Below, one piece after another: positions 8,556 to 18,561 of a DNA stretch of 64,000 bases (within the stretch, counting starts at the first letter, position 1; every line of letters starts with the position of its first letter). Source of the DNA: Candidatus Woesearchaeota archaeon (lineage in GTDB: Archaea; Nanobdellota; Nanobdellia; SCGC-AAA011-G17; PNOQ01); the NCBI GenBank assembly GCA_964603065.1, contig CAZRTL010000006.1, forward strand, positions 84 to 64,083, read 5' to 3'. The notes beneath the pieces are model-generated. The model did not search any database and was not told the origin of the DNA. It worked only from the letters and a program-made list of their open reading frames with translations. A program made the position numbers and the translations under genes.

Positions 8556-10874
8556 ATGAAGAGATGGTGGTTATTAATTTTTGGATTGATTTTATTTAGT
8601 TTTAGTGTTAATGCTATTCCTTGTGATGGATATTGGAATGGTGAACTTTCTAATCCAGTTAGTTTTGTAGATTGTGATTTTGATTGTGATAATTATGATT
8701 ATCAAAATCTTTGCGAAGGACAAGATCCTAATAAAGTTGAATGTTTTGGTGAAGATAGTGTTGGTGTAGATGGTCCTCCTGATGGAGTGGGAGATGTCTT
8801 ACATAAATGTCAATGGAATAATAATCAGTGTATAAATTGGTTCCATGACGGAGATTCTAATGTAGTTTATAATAGTGGTTCAACGGATTCTTTTTCTTCG
8901 TACTCTTTTCTTGAATCTGTTTGTTATAATCCATTAAGTGTTCCTGACTCTTGCGATTGGTTAAAAGGAAGTTTTGTTATAGAGAGAGGATTTTGTCAGT
9001 ATCATGGAAATCCACCTCTTTTTGCAGAAATTAAAGGCCTTTCAGAATCTGACCCTTATCAAAATTGTGTTAATGATGTAAATAATCTTTTTGACTTGAA
9101 AGAAGCTTGGGGGCAGAATACACGGGCAGTTCAGTTACCCGGTTTTTCTGGAGGGAGTAGTAGTTATAGGTTGGGGGGATTTTGTTTAAATTATTGTAGA
9201 GAGTATTCTGGTTATGTTGATGATTTTGGATTATGTGGCAATGATGGTGGGGTGGTTAATGGATGGGCACATAATAACTGTCCTAACGTTAGATATGAAG
9301 ATTCTTGTGCTGGTTCTATTTTACGTGAATACTCTTGTGATGGAACCCAGACTAATCCATCTACCACTTGGGCAGATGGGGTTAATTATTTGTTGACTAC
9401 GACCGATTGCTATTCTCCTGGAGGACCTGCAACTTGCGACAATAGTTGTGGAACTTCTTCTAATTCTGGAACTGATACGTGCAGATTGGGAGATGGAGGA
9501 GGATATTGTACAGGTACGGGACTAAATGCTCGTTGTGAGAGTGGAGGATCTTCTCCTGATTTAGATGATGGGGAGAGTTATGTTACTGAGTTTAACAATG
9601 AATGTTCTTCAGGTGGTGGATGGACTGGAAGTGTTGATTGGGCCAATGGAGGAAGTATTGGGTATTATGGGGAGTATAATAATGAACTTTATTGGAAAGA
9701 GGCAATTATTTATGATGAGGGAGGGATTTTTATTTTTGGGCAGAATGATACCTCAGATAGAGGAGATTTTGAAACCGAAGCATGTGGAGACGATGAAAAT
9801 GAGTTTTTTATAGGGGGGTTATGTTGTGATGATTCTAATGATCAAATTTTGAGTAATGTAATAGATAATATTGATGATATTTTTGATATGAATGGAAGTT
9901 ATTGTATGGATGCCAATATAGGTAGTTGTGGTAATTTAGTGAAGGATTCCTGGGAACAATGTGATGGACTATATATAGATTATAATAGGACTATTCTGGC
10001 CGGTTCTAATATGGCAACTACTTCTGAACTTTATTTAGTTCTAGGTAATGATTCTGCCTGCGGAGGAGATATTTGTGATTTGAATACTTGTACTTGTTCG
10101 GGTAGTCCGCCAATAAATTGTCAGTTAGGGAATGCTCATTGGGGCCCTACTAAGTCTAATGATAATGTAGTAGAAGGAGAAACTATAGATTTAATTATTG
10201 ATGGTACTGACTGTGATGGATTAGGAGTTGAATTTTTTGTAAAAGAGAGCGATGGAGTTTTTGGAGTACAAGATTGGGATAGTGCGGATTGGGTTTTGAT
10301 TTATGGTAATTCTCCTATTGGTTCTGCAACTTTTGAGGGCAATAAAGCAAATTTTACCTGGACTTCAGTTTGGACTGACGATGATGATAGTTGGGATTCG
10401 GACCCAGAATATATTTTTAGAGCAATTTCGACAAGTGATTCGTCTTTATATAAAAATTCTTTTGATGAACTTAAAGTTAGTCAAAATCCTGCTGGAGATT
10501 GTGAAATTGATTTGGGTGAAGAATGTTGTATTGCGGGCGAGGTTTGTTCTGGCGGGAATTGGGATGGAAGCGGAGCCATTTGTTCTGCTGGAGAGAGTTG
10601 TTGTTTGACTGTATGTTCTAACCCTTTAGATTATCCTGGATCTATTGATGGAACTTATATGGGATGGGGTGAATGTATTGATGATGGAGATGGGGATAGT
10701 GTCGGAATAAGAAAAACTTACCTTTATAATTCAACTACAGGAATACTTATTAATGAAATAGGGTCGGAGGAATGTATATTTGGAGAAGAAGAGATTCCCT
10801 TCTTTAGTAATTTCGCAATGTTTTTGGTATTTTTTATATTGATAGGATTCTATTTTTGGAATCGAAAGAAATAA
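8556..10874 (+). CDS. Large cysteine-rich secreted surface protein with C-terminal transmembrane anchor
   Basis: Signal peptide. Very high Cys content with repeated C-x-C spacing. C-terminal hydrophobic helix followed by RKK. Confidence 0.5.
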   Translation: MKRWWLLIFGLILFSFSVNAIPCDGYWNGELSNPVSFVDCDFDCDNYDYQNLCEGQDPNKVECFGEDSVGVDGPPDGVGDVLHKCQWNNNQCINWFHDGDSNVVYNSGSTDSFSSYSFLESVCYNPLSVPDSCDWLKGSFVIERGFCQYHGNPPLFAEIKGLSESDPYQNCVNDVNNLFDLKEAWGQNTRAVQLPGFSGGSSSYRLGGFCLNYCREYSGYVDDFGLCGNDGGVVNGWAHNNCPNVRYEDSCAGSILREYSCDGTQTNPSTTWADGVNYLLTTTDCYSPGGPATCDNSCGTSSNSGTDTCRLGDGGGYCTGTGLNARCESGGSSPDLDDGESYVTEFNNECSSGGGWTGSVDWANGGSIGYYGEYNNELYWKEAIIYDEGGIFIFGQNDTSDRGDFETEACGDDENEFFIGGLCCDDSNDQILSNVIDNIDDIFDMNGSYCMDANIGSCGNLVKDSWEQCDGLYIDYNRTILAGSNMATTSELYLVLGNDSACGGDICDLNTCTCSGSPPINCQLGNAHWGPTKSNDNVVEGETIDLIIDGTDCDGLGVEFFVKESDGVFGVQDWDSADWVLIYGNSPIGSATFEGNKANFTWTSVWTDDDDSWDSDPEYIFRAISTSDSSLYKNSFDELKVSQNPAGDCEIDLGEECCIAGEVCSGGNWDGSGAICSAGESCCLTVCSNPLDYPGSIDGTYMGWGECIDDGDGDSVGIRKTYLYNSTTGILINEIGSEECIFGEEEIPFFSNFAMFLVFFILIGFYFWNRKK

Positions 10875-10899
10875 ATATATGTTAATTTAAGGTAAGTAT

Positions 10900-11208
10900 A
10901 TGGAAGAAAATATTCAAATTTTAGGATTGGATTCTTTTGAAAATAAGGAAAAAGATAAAATAATGAGCTATGTTGAGAGGTACAGCGATAAAATTTTTAG
11001 AAATATTGTGGGGGATATGATTATACATGCTAAAAAGCACGAAAAGGATGGTAATCGGGCTAATTATTCTTTTCATATTAAAATCCAAACTCCCGAAACT
11101 TTGATTAGTGTTAGAGATGATGATTGGATATTATCCACGGCTCTGCATAAAGTTTTGAAAAAAGTTGAAAATAATATTAAGCATAAATTTAAAGTTGAAG
11201 GAAAATAA
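10900..11208 (+). CDS. Small protein, possibly YfiA/HPF-like ribosome-associated factor
   Basis: About 100 aa with a beta-alpha-beta pattern and an HPF-like spacing of charged and hydrophobic residues. Weak call. Confidence 0.3.
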   Translation: MEENIQILGLDSFENKEKDKIMSYVERYSDKIFRNIVGDMIIHAKKHEKDGNRANYSFHIKIQTPETLISVRDDDWILSTALHKVLKKVENNIKHKFKVEGK

Positions 11209-11552
11209 TGGAATATAAGCAAGTTATTTTAGTTAGACAAGATTTGAAACTATCTAAAGGAAAAATGAGCTCCCAGGTGAGTCATGCTAGTGTCGAAGCT
11301 ACTTTAAAATCTGATCAGGATAAAGTTAGGTCATGGAGAGGCAAAGGCATGAAGAAAGTTGTTTTGAAAGTCAAAGATGAAAAAGAGTTACTAAAATATA
11401 AAAGATTAGCAGATGAATTAGGTTTAGTTAATTCTCTGGTTAAGGATGCGGGCAGAACGGAAATAAAACCTGGAACCTTGACTTGTTTGGCTATTGGCCC
11501 GGATTTACTTGAAAAAGTGGATAAGGTTTCTAAAGATTTGAAGATGGTTTGA
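11208..11552 (+). CDS. pth2: Peptidyl-tRNA hydrolase PTH2
   Basis: KQVILVRQDLKLSKGKMSSQVSHASV...TCLAIGP matches archaeal Pth2. Confidence 0.8.
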   Translation: MEYKQVILVRQDLKLSKGKMSSQVSHASVEATLKSDQDKVRSWRGKGMKKVVLKVKDEKELLKYKRLADELGLVNSLVKDAGRTEIKPGTLTCLAIGPDLLEKVDKVSKDLKMV

Positions 11553-11592
11553 TAAAAATAAAGTTTATAAATCAGGTGAGTTTCTCTTTTAT

Positions 11593-12078
11593 ATGAGAAA
11601 AGATGCCTATTACACAAATATGGACGATTTTAATATAAGTGCTGTTGATTTGGCTAGATCTAGGCAGGCTGGTGCGAAAATAGCATTAAGTGCTAAGGGA
11701 GTTACTGAAGAAGTTGATAGAGCAAAGAATTTCATGTTAAAGAATAGTGGGGTTTTTATTACTGGAGATTATGAACTAGTTGAAGAGAATGCTGTACAAA
11801 GAGTCTATCATATATTTTTTAGATTTGATGATAGATTGGGCAAGAGAAATCATAATATAACTCAAATTCCTCTTACTTTTGATAGAGATGACCCCGAAGA
11901 TATTGGAGACCTAGTGATGTTAGGATTGGAAAATCTTAGTAATAACTTTAATAGATATGACGAACTACAGGCCACTCACCCCTGTTGTTTAATTACTGAG
12001 GCTGAAGAGTTGAAAGGTAAATTAGGAATTTTGCTTCTTTATAAACCGGAAGAAATAATTAATTATGAGCCTTCTTGA
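11593..12078 (+). CDS. hypothetical protein
   Basis: ORF only. Confidence 0.3.
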   Translation: MRKDAYYTNMDDFNISAVDLARSRQAGAKIALSAKGVTEEVDRAKNFMLKNSGVFITGDYELVEENAVQRVYHIFFRFDDRLGKRNHNITQIPLTFDRDDPEDIGDLVMLGLENLSNNFNRYDELQATHPCCLITEAEELKGKLGILLLYKPEEIINYEPS

Positions 12079-12084
12079 GAAAAA

Positions 12085-12429
12085 TTAATTTGTCATTTTT
12101 TCTATTTGTTTTAAAAAATTATTTACATTAAAAGGTTTTTTGATAAATCCAATTACATTTTTATATAATGCTAGTTTTTCTTCTCTCTCCTCGTCTGTGA
12201 TTAGATAAATAATTTTTAATCCTTTTGTTTTTTTAACAGCTTCTAAAACTTCTTTTCTAGGATTATAGCACCCCATTAGAATAAAATTTGGCTTATGTTT
12301 TTTGATTTTTTCTAGGCAATTATTGCAATTGGCAGTGGAAATAACTTTGTATTGATTTTTTTTAAGAATTGTTTTGATTGTAAATCGGGTATCTCTATCA
12401 TTATCTACAATCATTATTGTTTTTTTCAT
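12085..12429 (-). CDS. Response regulator receiver domain protein
   Basis: CheY-like: IMIVDND..D..K..P. Confidence 0.65.
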   Translation of the reverse strand: MKKTIMIVDNDRDTRFTIKTILKKNQYKVISTANCNNCLEKIKKHKPNFILMGCYNPRKEVLEAVKKTKGLKIIYLITDEEREEKLALYKNVIGFIKKPFNVNNFLKQIEKMTN

Positions 12430-12443
12430 GTTCTACTTCTCGG

Positions 12444-12812
12444 TTAAGCCCCTAATATTTTTTTTATTTTCTTTTTGAAAACAATATTGTCAATTGGTTT
12501 TTCTATATATGCTACCGGATTTAATTTTTTAATGACTCCCTTACCATTTTTGCTTAGACTAACTACTGATAAAAAGGCGACTTTTTGTTTTTTTAACTTT
12601 GGACTTGCCCTAATCTTTTCTAATGTTTCTATTCCTGACATTTTTGGCATTAATATATCCAGTATCATCAAATCAAATTTCTCTTTTCCAAGAAGTTTAA
12701 TAGCCCCCTTCCCATTGTCGATAGTTTTTATTTCATGTCCCATGGTTTCAATCAACATTTTTACAGATTCCAGAACATCAAGCTCATCATCAACGACTAA
12801 AATTTTTGCCAT
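12444..12812 (-). CDS. Response regulator receiver domain protein
   Basis: KILVVDDE...DLMILDILMPKMSG..L.KIR. Confidence 0.75.
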   Translation of the reverse strand: MAKILVVDDELDVLESVKMLIETMGHEIKTIDNGKGAIKLLGKEKFDLMILDILMPKMSGIETLEKIRASPKLKKQKVAFLSVVSLSKNGKGVIKKLNPVAYIEKPIDNIVFKKKIKKILGA

Positions 12813-12836
12813 CTTTATGTTTTTTTGGATTTATTC

Positions 12837-14846
12837 CTATTTAAGCTTTTTTATTGGTAAAGTAAAATAAAATGTTGAACCCTTACCTAAAGTACTTTCA
12901 ACCCAAATTTTACCTCCATGTTGTTTTATTATTCCCCTACAAATACTTAAACCCAACCCAGTTCCCCCATATTTTCTAGTATAGCTAGATTCTAATTGAG
13001 TAAATGAATGAAATATTCTCTCACGATCTTTCTTAGATATTCCTATGCCCGTATCTTTTATTTTGACTAAAATATAATCTTTTTCTCTTTTAGCTTCAAT
13101 ATTTATTCCACCTTTATGTGTAAATTTAATGGCATTATCGATTAAATTAGTTAATATTTCTGTTATTCTTTTTTTGTCTGCCGTAATTAAGGGGAGGCTA
13201 TCTAATTTATAATCAAGTTCTAAACCTTTTTTCTCTGCTACTGGAGTCATACTTTTCACCACCAAGCCAACACAATCTCCCAATTGTATTTCACTAAGTT
13301 TTAGTTTAAACCCTTCTGCTTGTACCCTAGAGATTTCCAAAATATCTTCTATTAAGTCATTAAGACGGTTTATATTTCTAAGTATAATATCGAAACTCTT
13401 TTTTTGTTTTTCATTTAATTTTCCTAAATCTCCTTGTAATATCATTTGGGTTTGTATTTTTGCAGGAGTTAAAGGAGTTTTTAATTCATGGGAAGTTATA
13501 GTTAGAAATCTACTTTTTAGAACATCTAATTCTTTTAATTTTTTGTAAGATTCTTTTAATTTTTTTTCAGATTCCTTTTCTTTACTTATATCTCTCACTG
13601 TAGCTTGCAGTACTCCCTTGCCCAAGAGGTTCATTCTGGTTAATAAGACCGTTGCAGGGAAAACTTGTCCATCTAATCTTTTGTGATCCCATTCAAAAAG
13701 GTGTTTTCCTTTTTTCATTGCAGTATTTATCATTTCCATGGCTTTAGTGGAAGATAATTTTCCATCAGGTTGATTTTTTGGGGAATACTGCCAAGGAGCT
13801 TTAGATGTAAAATCTTTTTCATTTTTGGCTTTAAACATTTTTATTGTTGATGGATTTCCTGCGGTGAATTTCCATGTAGGGGGTTCTAAAATCATTATTG
13901 CATCGCTCGATGATTCGTACATTGTATTTGCTTTTTCATAAACTTCTTTTAATTTTCCTCGAGCTTGTCTTATTTCGGTAATATCCCTATCAATCCCCCT
14001 ATAACCTAGTAGTTTGCCTTTTGAATCTATAATAGGTACACCATTTGTTTCAAGTACAACAATTTTTCCATTTTTATGTTTATTTTTATTAATTAAACCA
14101 GAAAATGATTTTTTTAATTTTACAATGTTTGCAAATTCGGGGCCAAGCTTTTTAGCATCTTCCTTTGTCATTAAGTCGAAAGGAGTTTTCCCTATAATCT
14201 CTTTGGGGGAATACCCAAGTATATCTTTAATTTTTGGACTAGCGTATGTATAAGTGCCTTTCGCATTAACTTCCCAAATCCAATCAGAAGTAGATTCTAC
14301 TAGCCCCCTAAATTTTTCCTCACCTTCTCGTAATTTTATAGTTCTTTTCTTAATTTTGATTTCTAATTCTTCATGGGATTTTTTTAATTTTTTTTCTGCT
14401 TTTATTCTATCAGTAATGTCTGTATTAATTCCAACATATCCAGTAATTTCACCTTTGACATTTTTCAATGCTGCAGCAGTTCCATAAACCCAAGTTACTC
14501 TTTTTTTTCTATCTATTAGTCGGTACTCTGTCCCCCATTTACCTCCGGCCTTAACTGTTTTATACCAATTTTTCTCCACTTTTTTTCGATCATCTGGATG
14601 AATCCCATTTATCCACCCCTTTCCAAGAGTTTCTTTTATTGTTAATCCAGTCATATTACGCCAAAAAGTATTCACAAAAGTACAATTTCCTTTTTTATCA
14701 GTCATATAAATTGCTGAAGGAGAAGAAGAGATAAGTGTTTTGAATTTTTCTTCGCTTTCAATCAATTTTGCTTTTTCTTCTTCTAAATCTTCTAAAATAT
14801 TAAGCAGGGCCTCAGGTTTCAATAATAGATTTTTCTTGGATTTCAT
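12837..14846 (-). CDS. PAS-domain sensor histidine kinase
   Basis: Multiple PAS-like repeats. HisKA H-box ITSHELKTPLT. HATPase motifs DTGIGI and GGTGLGLSI. Confidence 0.85.
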   Translation of the reverse strand: MKSKKNLLLKPEALLNILEDLEEEKAKLIESEEKFKTLISSSPSAIYMTDKKGNCTFVNTFWRNMTGLTIKETLGKGWINGIHPDDRKKVEKNWYKTVKAGGKWGTEYRLIDRKKRVTWVYGTAAALKNVKGEITGYVGINTDITDRIKAEKKLKKSHEELEIKIKKRTIKLREGEEKFRGLVESTSDWIWEVNAKGTYTYASPKIKDILGYSPKEIIGKTPFDLMTKEDAKKLGPEFANIVKLKKSFSGLINKNKHKNGKIVVLETNGVPIIDSKGKLLGYRGIDRDITEIRQARGKLKEVYEKANTMYESSSDAIMILEPPTWKFTAGNPSTIKMFKAKNEKDFTSKAPWQYSPKNQPDGKLSSTKAMEMINTAMKKGKHLFEWDHKRLDGQVFPATVLLTRMNLLGKGVLQATVRDISKEKESEKKLKESYKKLKELDVLKSRFLTITSHELKTPLTPAKIQTQMILQGDLGKLNEKQKKSFDIILRNINRLNDLIEDILEISRVQAEGFKLKLSEIQLGDCVGLVVKSMTPVAEKKGLELDYKLDSLPLITADKKRITEILTNLIDNAIKFTHKGGINIEAKREKDYILVKIKDTGIGISKKDRERIFHSFTQLESSYTRKYGGTGLGLSICRGIIKQHGGKIWVESTLGKGSTFYFTLPIKKLK

Positions 14847-16225
14847 TTTTTGTTTTTTGTAAGCTTCTTTTTTAATTCTATCATTTTTTCTTCTCTTTTA
14901 ATTGCAACTTTTGTAAATCTTTCAAGATCTAGAGATTTTTTCTTTATACCCATTTCTGCCTTTTTACGTATTTTAATTTCAGATTGAAGTTGTTTATTAT
15001 GTGTTTCTAATTCTTTTCTTTTTTTCCTTAATTCAAATGCCATCTTATTGATAGAATCTCCGAGTTCTCCTATTTCATCTTTTGATTTTATTTTTACCCT
15101 AGGTCTTAGGTTTCCCTTTCCGATTTGAATTGCAGTATTTTTGAGTTTTATTATGGGTTTTGAAATATTGTGTGCAATGAAAATACTTATTAAAACTGAA
15201 ATTGCTAGAAAAATAAATAATATGAGAAAAATACTGTTTCTTAATTCCTCCACTGGTTTAAGTATCTCTTCTGTTTCATGTTCTATCATTAATATCCAAT
15301 CCAATCCTTTGTAATTTTTGTGGCCGTGAGAGTGAGTATGGGCAAATAATATTTTTCCTTCTTCCGGTTCAAGTTCATCTGAAATGAAAGAATTATTTTC
15401 TTCTTTTTCAAGTCTGGATAGTAACTTTTCTGACACTCGATCTAGGATCCCGTAATCATAATATTCTTCAGACGCATAAATTATTTTTCCATCAGAAGTT
15501 AATAGTTTGAGGTGCATTGTTTCATGTTTTTCAGTCAGTTCTATTTCTTTGAGCATGCTGATTAATTCTTCTATATTCAAAACGACTTTCATTACTCCCA
15601 AAAAATTTCCAGATTCATCGCTTATTTTTATTCCTGCAGAGATAGAATAAATACTTGTGCTTTCGTCATATTCAATATTTTCTATATATAGTTCTTCTTC
15701 ACTCGCCTTTTGCCACCATACTTCATCATCTTGCTTGTAATCTGTGGTTTTTCCAGTTTGAGCGATATTTGCCCCATATTTGTTAGTCACAAAAACTTCT
15801 CCATATACTTTATATCCTTCTTCCTTCTCATGGAAATCTGATTTTTTTCTTAGCTGCTGCGATATTTTATTGTTGATTAAGTTTTGCATAAATGGAGTAA
15901 TTTCTTCTTTTGAAGTGGATATCCAATCTTCATTTTTTTCATTGATATATGATTCGATATCTTCAAAATTGTCGAATTCTTGGTTGGATTCAATGATAAA
16001 ATTATGTAATTCTCTACTGGCATAGGCATATGAATGCCACGCTTCGAATCTATTTTGTATATTTCTATCAATTTTATCCATAGTTTCTTTAACTAAAACT
16101 ATGGAGGATTCCTCTATTGATTTTTCTAGTGTTTGTTGACTAATATCAACAGAAATATAACCCATCAATCCCATGAGTAGAGCGATTACCAAAAATCCCG
16201 ATATTAATTTTTGGTTTAATTTCAT
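14843..16225 (-). CDS. Membrane sensor protein with extracellular (Cache-like) domain, HAMP domain and coiled coil
   Basis: N-terminal TM, about 300-aa periplasmic-type domain, second TM, then a HAMP-like segment (IKLKNTAIQIGKGNL...DEIGELGDSINKMAFEL). Overlaps the kinase gene. Confidence 0.6.
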   Translation of the reverse strand: MKLNQKLISGFLVIALLMGLMGYISVDISQQTLEKSIEESSIVLVKETMDKIDRNIQNRFEAWHSYAYASRELHNFIIESNQEFDNFEDIESYINEKNEDWISTSKEEITPFMQNLINNKISQQLRKKSDFHEKEEGYKVYGEVFVTNKYGANIAQTGKTTDYKQDDEVWWQKASEEELYIENIEYDESTSIYSISAGIKISDESGNFLGVMKVVLNIEELISMLKEIELTEKHETMHLKLLTSDGKIIYASEEYYDYGILDRVSEKLLSRLEKEENNSFISDELEPEEGKILFAHTHSHGHKNYKGLDWILMIEHETEEILKPVEELRNSIFLILFIFLAISVLISIFIAHNISKPIIKLKNTAIQIGKGNLRPRVKIKSKDEIGELGDSINKMAFELRKKRKELETHNKQLQSEIKIRKKAEMGIKKKSLDLERFTKVAIKREEKMIELKKKLTKNKK

Positions 16226-16303
16226 CTTTACCTCTTTTATTTAATATTTTATTTAAAAAGTATAAAAGCCTTACTATTCACCTAAAAAATCTAAATCGGA
16301 AAG

Positions 16304-16313
16304 TTTTTAAATA
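16304..16313 (+). promoter_or_regulatory. TATA-box-like element upstream of 5S rRNA
   Basis: tttttaaata lies about 25-30 nt upstream of the 5S 5' end. Confidence 0.35.
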
Positions 16314-16334
16314 GTGATTTATCTTGTTTTTCTA

Positions 16335-16446
16335 GGACGATCATAGTGGACTGGTCATACCCGAACTCATTTCGAACTCGGTAGTCAAGCAGTCTTACGT
16401 TCCTGATTGTACTGCATTGTTGTGCGGGAACTCAGGAAAGTTGTCC
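16335..16446 (+). rRNA. rrf: 5S rRNA
   Basis: GGACGATCATAGTGG...CATACCCGAACTCATTTCGAACTCGG.AGTCAAGC... matches archaeal 5S conserved blocks. The terminal helix GGACGA/TTGTCC closes. GC-rich island in AT-rich DNA. Confidence 0.85.
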
Positions 16447-16488
16447 TTTTTTCATTAATTTTATAAATTCTCATTTTAGTTTAGTTTT

Positions 16489-16785
16489 ATGGATAACAAA
16501 GAAATAGCCAGGGAGAGAATTAAGAAATTATTTTCGGAGGCGGATGAGGTTTTTTCTAAGGATAAGAAGTTAGCTAATAGGTATGTTAATTTGGCTAGAA
16601 AAATAGCTATGAAGTTTAATTTAAGAATGCCTCGAGGTTTTAAAAGAAGATTTTGTAAGCATTGTTATTCATATTTAGTGCCTGGAAAAAACTTAAGGGT
16701 TAGAACTAAAGATAAGAAAGTTGTTTATTATTGTTTAGAATGTAAAAAATTTACGAGATTTCCTCTTTTAGTGAAGGGTAAGTAG
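16489..16785 (+). CDS. rnp4: RNase P protein subunit Rpp21/Rpr2
   Basis: Rpr2-like N-terminus and zinc ribbon CKHC...CLEC. Confidence 0.75.
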   Translation: MDNKEIARERIKKLFSEADEVFSKDKKLANRYVNLARKIAMKFNLRMPRGFKRRFCKHCYSYLVPGKNLRVRTKDKKVVYYCLECKKFTRFPLLVKGK

Positions 16786-17164
16786 TCCACCATTTGTTTT
16801 TTATCCAATCTTTTTCCAGTTTTAAGAGGAAAGCAAAACCTCTATTTTTTAGCTCTTTATCTACGACCCCTCCTAAATGAGGGTGAGTAAATTGCTTTGG
16901 TAAGGGGGAGTGGAATCCGTGCATATAATGAATTAATTCGTGAGCTATTGTCGTATCTATTATAAATTCTGGAACTTGTTCGTCTCTAAATAAGTTATTT
17001 ACTGCTATTTCCGTTGATCCATCTTTTAATCTTTTTATATGGCCAAATTTAGTTTTCCAGTTACCTTTAAATCTTATTCTTATTTCGTTTAATCTGTTTA
17101 CTTCTGGCATTAGAACATTCCAAATTCTTTCTAATCTACATTGAAGCCACAAATCCGATCTCAT
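16751..17164 (-). CDS. SprT/Wss1-like zinc metalloprotease domain protein
   Basis: HELIHYMHGFH (HExxH). Confidence 0.45.
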   Translation of the reverse strand: MRSDLWLQCRLERIWNVLMPEVNRLNEIRIRFKGNWKTKFGHIKRLKDGSTEIAVNNLFRDEQVPEFIIDTTIAHELIHYMHGFHSPLPKQFTHPHLGGVVDKELKNRGFAFLLKLEKDWIKNKWWTTYPSLKEEIS

Positions 17165-17216
17165 AAAAATTCGTTATTTTGGAGTTTTAAAAGAATTGTT
17201 AAGAATAAAAGTATAT

Positions 17217-17414
17217 TTAGAATTTCTTAAATTGCGATACTTTTTCTAATAAATCAATATGTCCTAAGAATAAAGCTCTGCAACAGTATCTATCCAGTTT
17301 TAGGTCATTTAGAACTTTTTTAGGTTCTTCGCCTTCATCTACTCTCTTATTATATTCTTCCCAGAGGTGACCTACTGGTTTTCCACAACTGAAACATCTT
17401 ATTGGTATTATCAT
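17217..17414 (-). CDS. rpoN: DNA-directed RNA polymerase subunit N (Rpo10)
   Basis: MIIPIRCFSCGK...YCCRALF. Confidence 0.85.
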   Translation of the reverse strand: MIIPIRCFSCGKPVGHLWEEYNKRVDEGEEPKKVLNDLKLDRYCCRALFLGHIDLLEKVSQFKKF

Positions 17415-17415
17415 T

Positions 17416-17808
17416 TTATCTGTAAGATTTTTGTCTTTTTGCTCTAGCTTTAGAGTCGTTTGGTTTACACATTTCTTTTCTTCTAGTATCTGCTACTAAT
17501 AAATGTCTGTCGTAATCTAAAAACTTTTTCTTTAATGTTTTATTTGCTTCTGCTAGGCATCTAGCAATTGCTAATCTTGAAGCATCTGCTTGTGAAGACC
17601 ATCCTCCCCCATTTACATTTACACTAATGTTGAATTTTTTTACTTGATCTCCAGCAAGTACCAAAGGTTCCATTATCTTCATTTTTGCTATTTCTGGACT
17701 ATGATTTTCTAATAGTGTCGAATTTATTCTAACTACTCCTTTTCCATCTGAAAGGGTAGCTTTTGCTATCGAAGTTTTTCTTTTTCCGTTTTTATGTATA
17801 GCTTTCAT
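17416..17808 (-). CDS. rps9: 30S ribosomal protein S9 (uS9)
   Basis: Sequence pattern and operon context. Confidence 0.85.
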   Translation of the reverse strand: MKAIHKNGKRKTSIAKATLSDGKGVVRINSTLLENHSPEIAKMKIMEPLVLAGDQVKKFNISVNVNGGGWSSQADASRLAIARCLAEANKTLKKKFLDYDRHLLVADTRRKEMCKPNDSKARAKRQKSYR

Positions 17809-18218
17809 CTTTTAAGTTGTTGACATAATTCTTCGACTGTAATGTATTTAAAAGTTTTACTTTTTGTTATATTTGAAGATTCAATTTTCTCAATTTTCTC
17901 TTTTGAGAACTTCTCTGGGACTCCCATGTGACACATTATGTTTTCGAATGCTTTTTTACCTTTTTCCTGTTTATAAGGTAGCATACCTCTAATTGCCCTT
18001 CTTACAAATCTATCTGGCATTTTTGGTAAATAAGGTCCTTTTAATGGGGTTCCTCTTTTGTCTTGTTCTTTGTATTTTCTATGAATAGTAACTTTATCTC
18101 CAGTTATGATAGCCTTTTCACAATTAACCAATTCAATTTTTTCTCCAAGCAATGCTCTTTTAGCAACTACTGTTGAAAACCTTCCTAATATTGAATCTTT
18201 AACATCTATTACTACCAT
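17805..18218 (-). CDS. rpl13: 50S ribosomal protein L13 (uL13)
   Basis: Sequence pattern and operon context. Confidence 0.85.
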   Translation of the reverse strand: MVVIDVKDSILGRFSTVVAKRALLGEKIELVNCEKAIITGDKVTIHRKYKEQDKRGTPLKGPYLPKMPDRFVRRAIRGMLPYKQEKGKKAFENIMCHMGVPEKFSKEKIEKIESSNITKSKTFKYITVEELCQQLKR

Positions 18219-18219
18219 T

Positions 18220-18561
18220 TTATCCGATTATTTTAATGTTTTTCCCCTTTGGATCTTTCTTTATTAATTCATGAATCGAAGTTAAATTTCCTTCTAACTT
18301 TTCTTTTGCTGATTCTGTTATTGAAAATGATGCAACTGTTATTTTATGATCTAGTTTTCCTGAACCAAGTATTTTACCTGGGACCAATACTATTTCATTA
18401 TCTTTGGTATATTTGTTTAATTTTTCTAAATTTACTTCCCTTATAGATCTGGTTGGTTTTTGTAGTTCTTTTGATATCCTTTTCCAGAAACTAGAGTTCT
18501 CTTTAGTAGAATGTTCTTTTAGTTCTTGTATTAAATTTTCTCTATGGGAATTTGTTTTCAT
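18220..18561 (-). CDS. rpl18e: 50S ribosomal protein L18e
   Basis: Sequence pattern and conserved position between rpoD and rpl13. Confidence 0.75.
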   Translation of the reverse strand: MKTNSHRENLIQELKEHSTKENSSFWKRISKELQKPTRSIREVNLEKLNKYTKDNEIVLVPGKILGSGKLDHKITVASFSITESAKEKLEGNLTSIHELIKKDPKGKNIKIIG

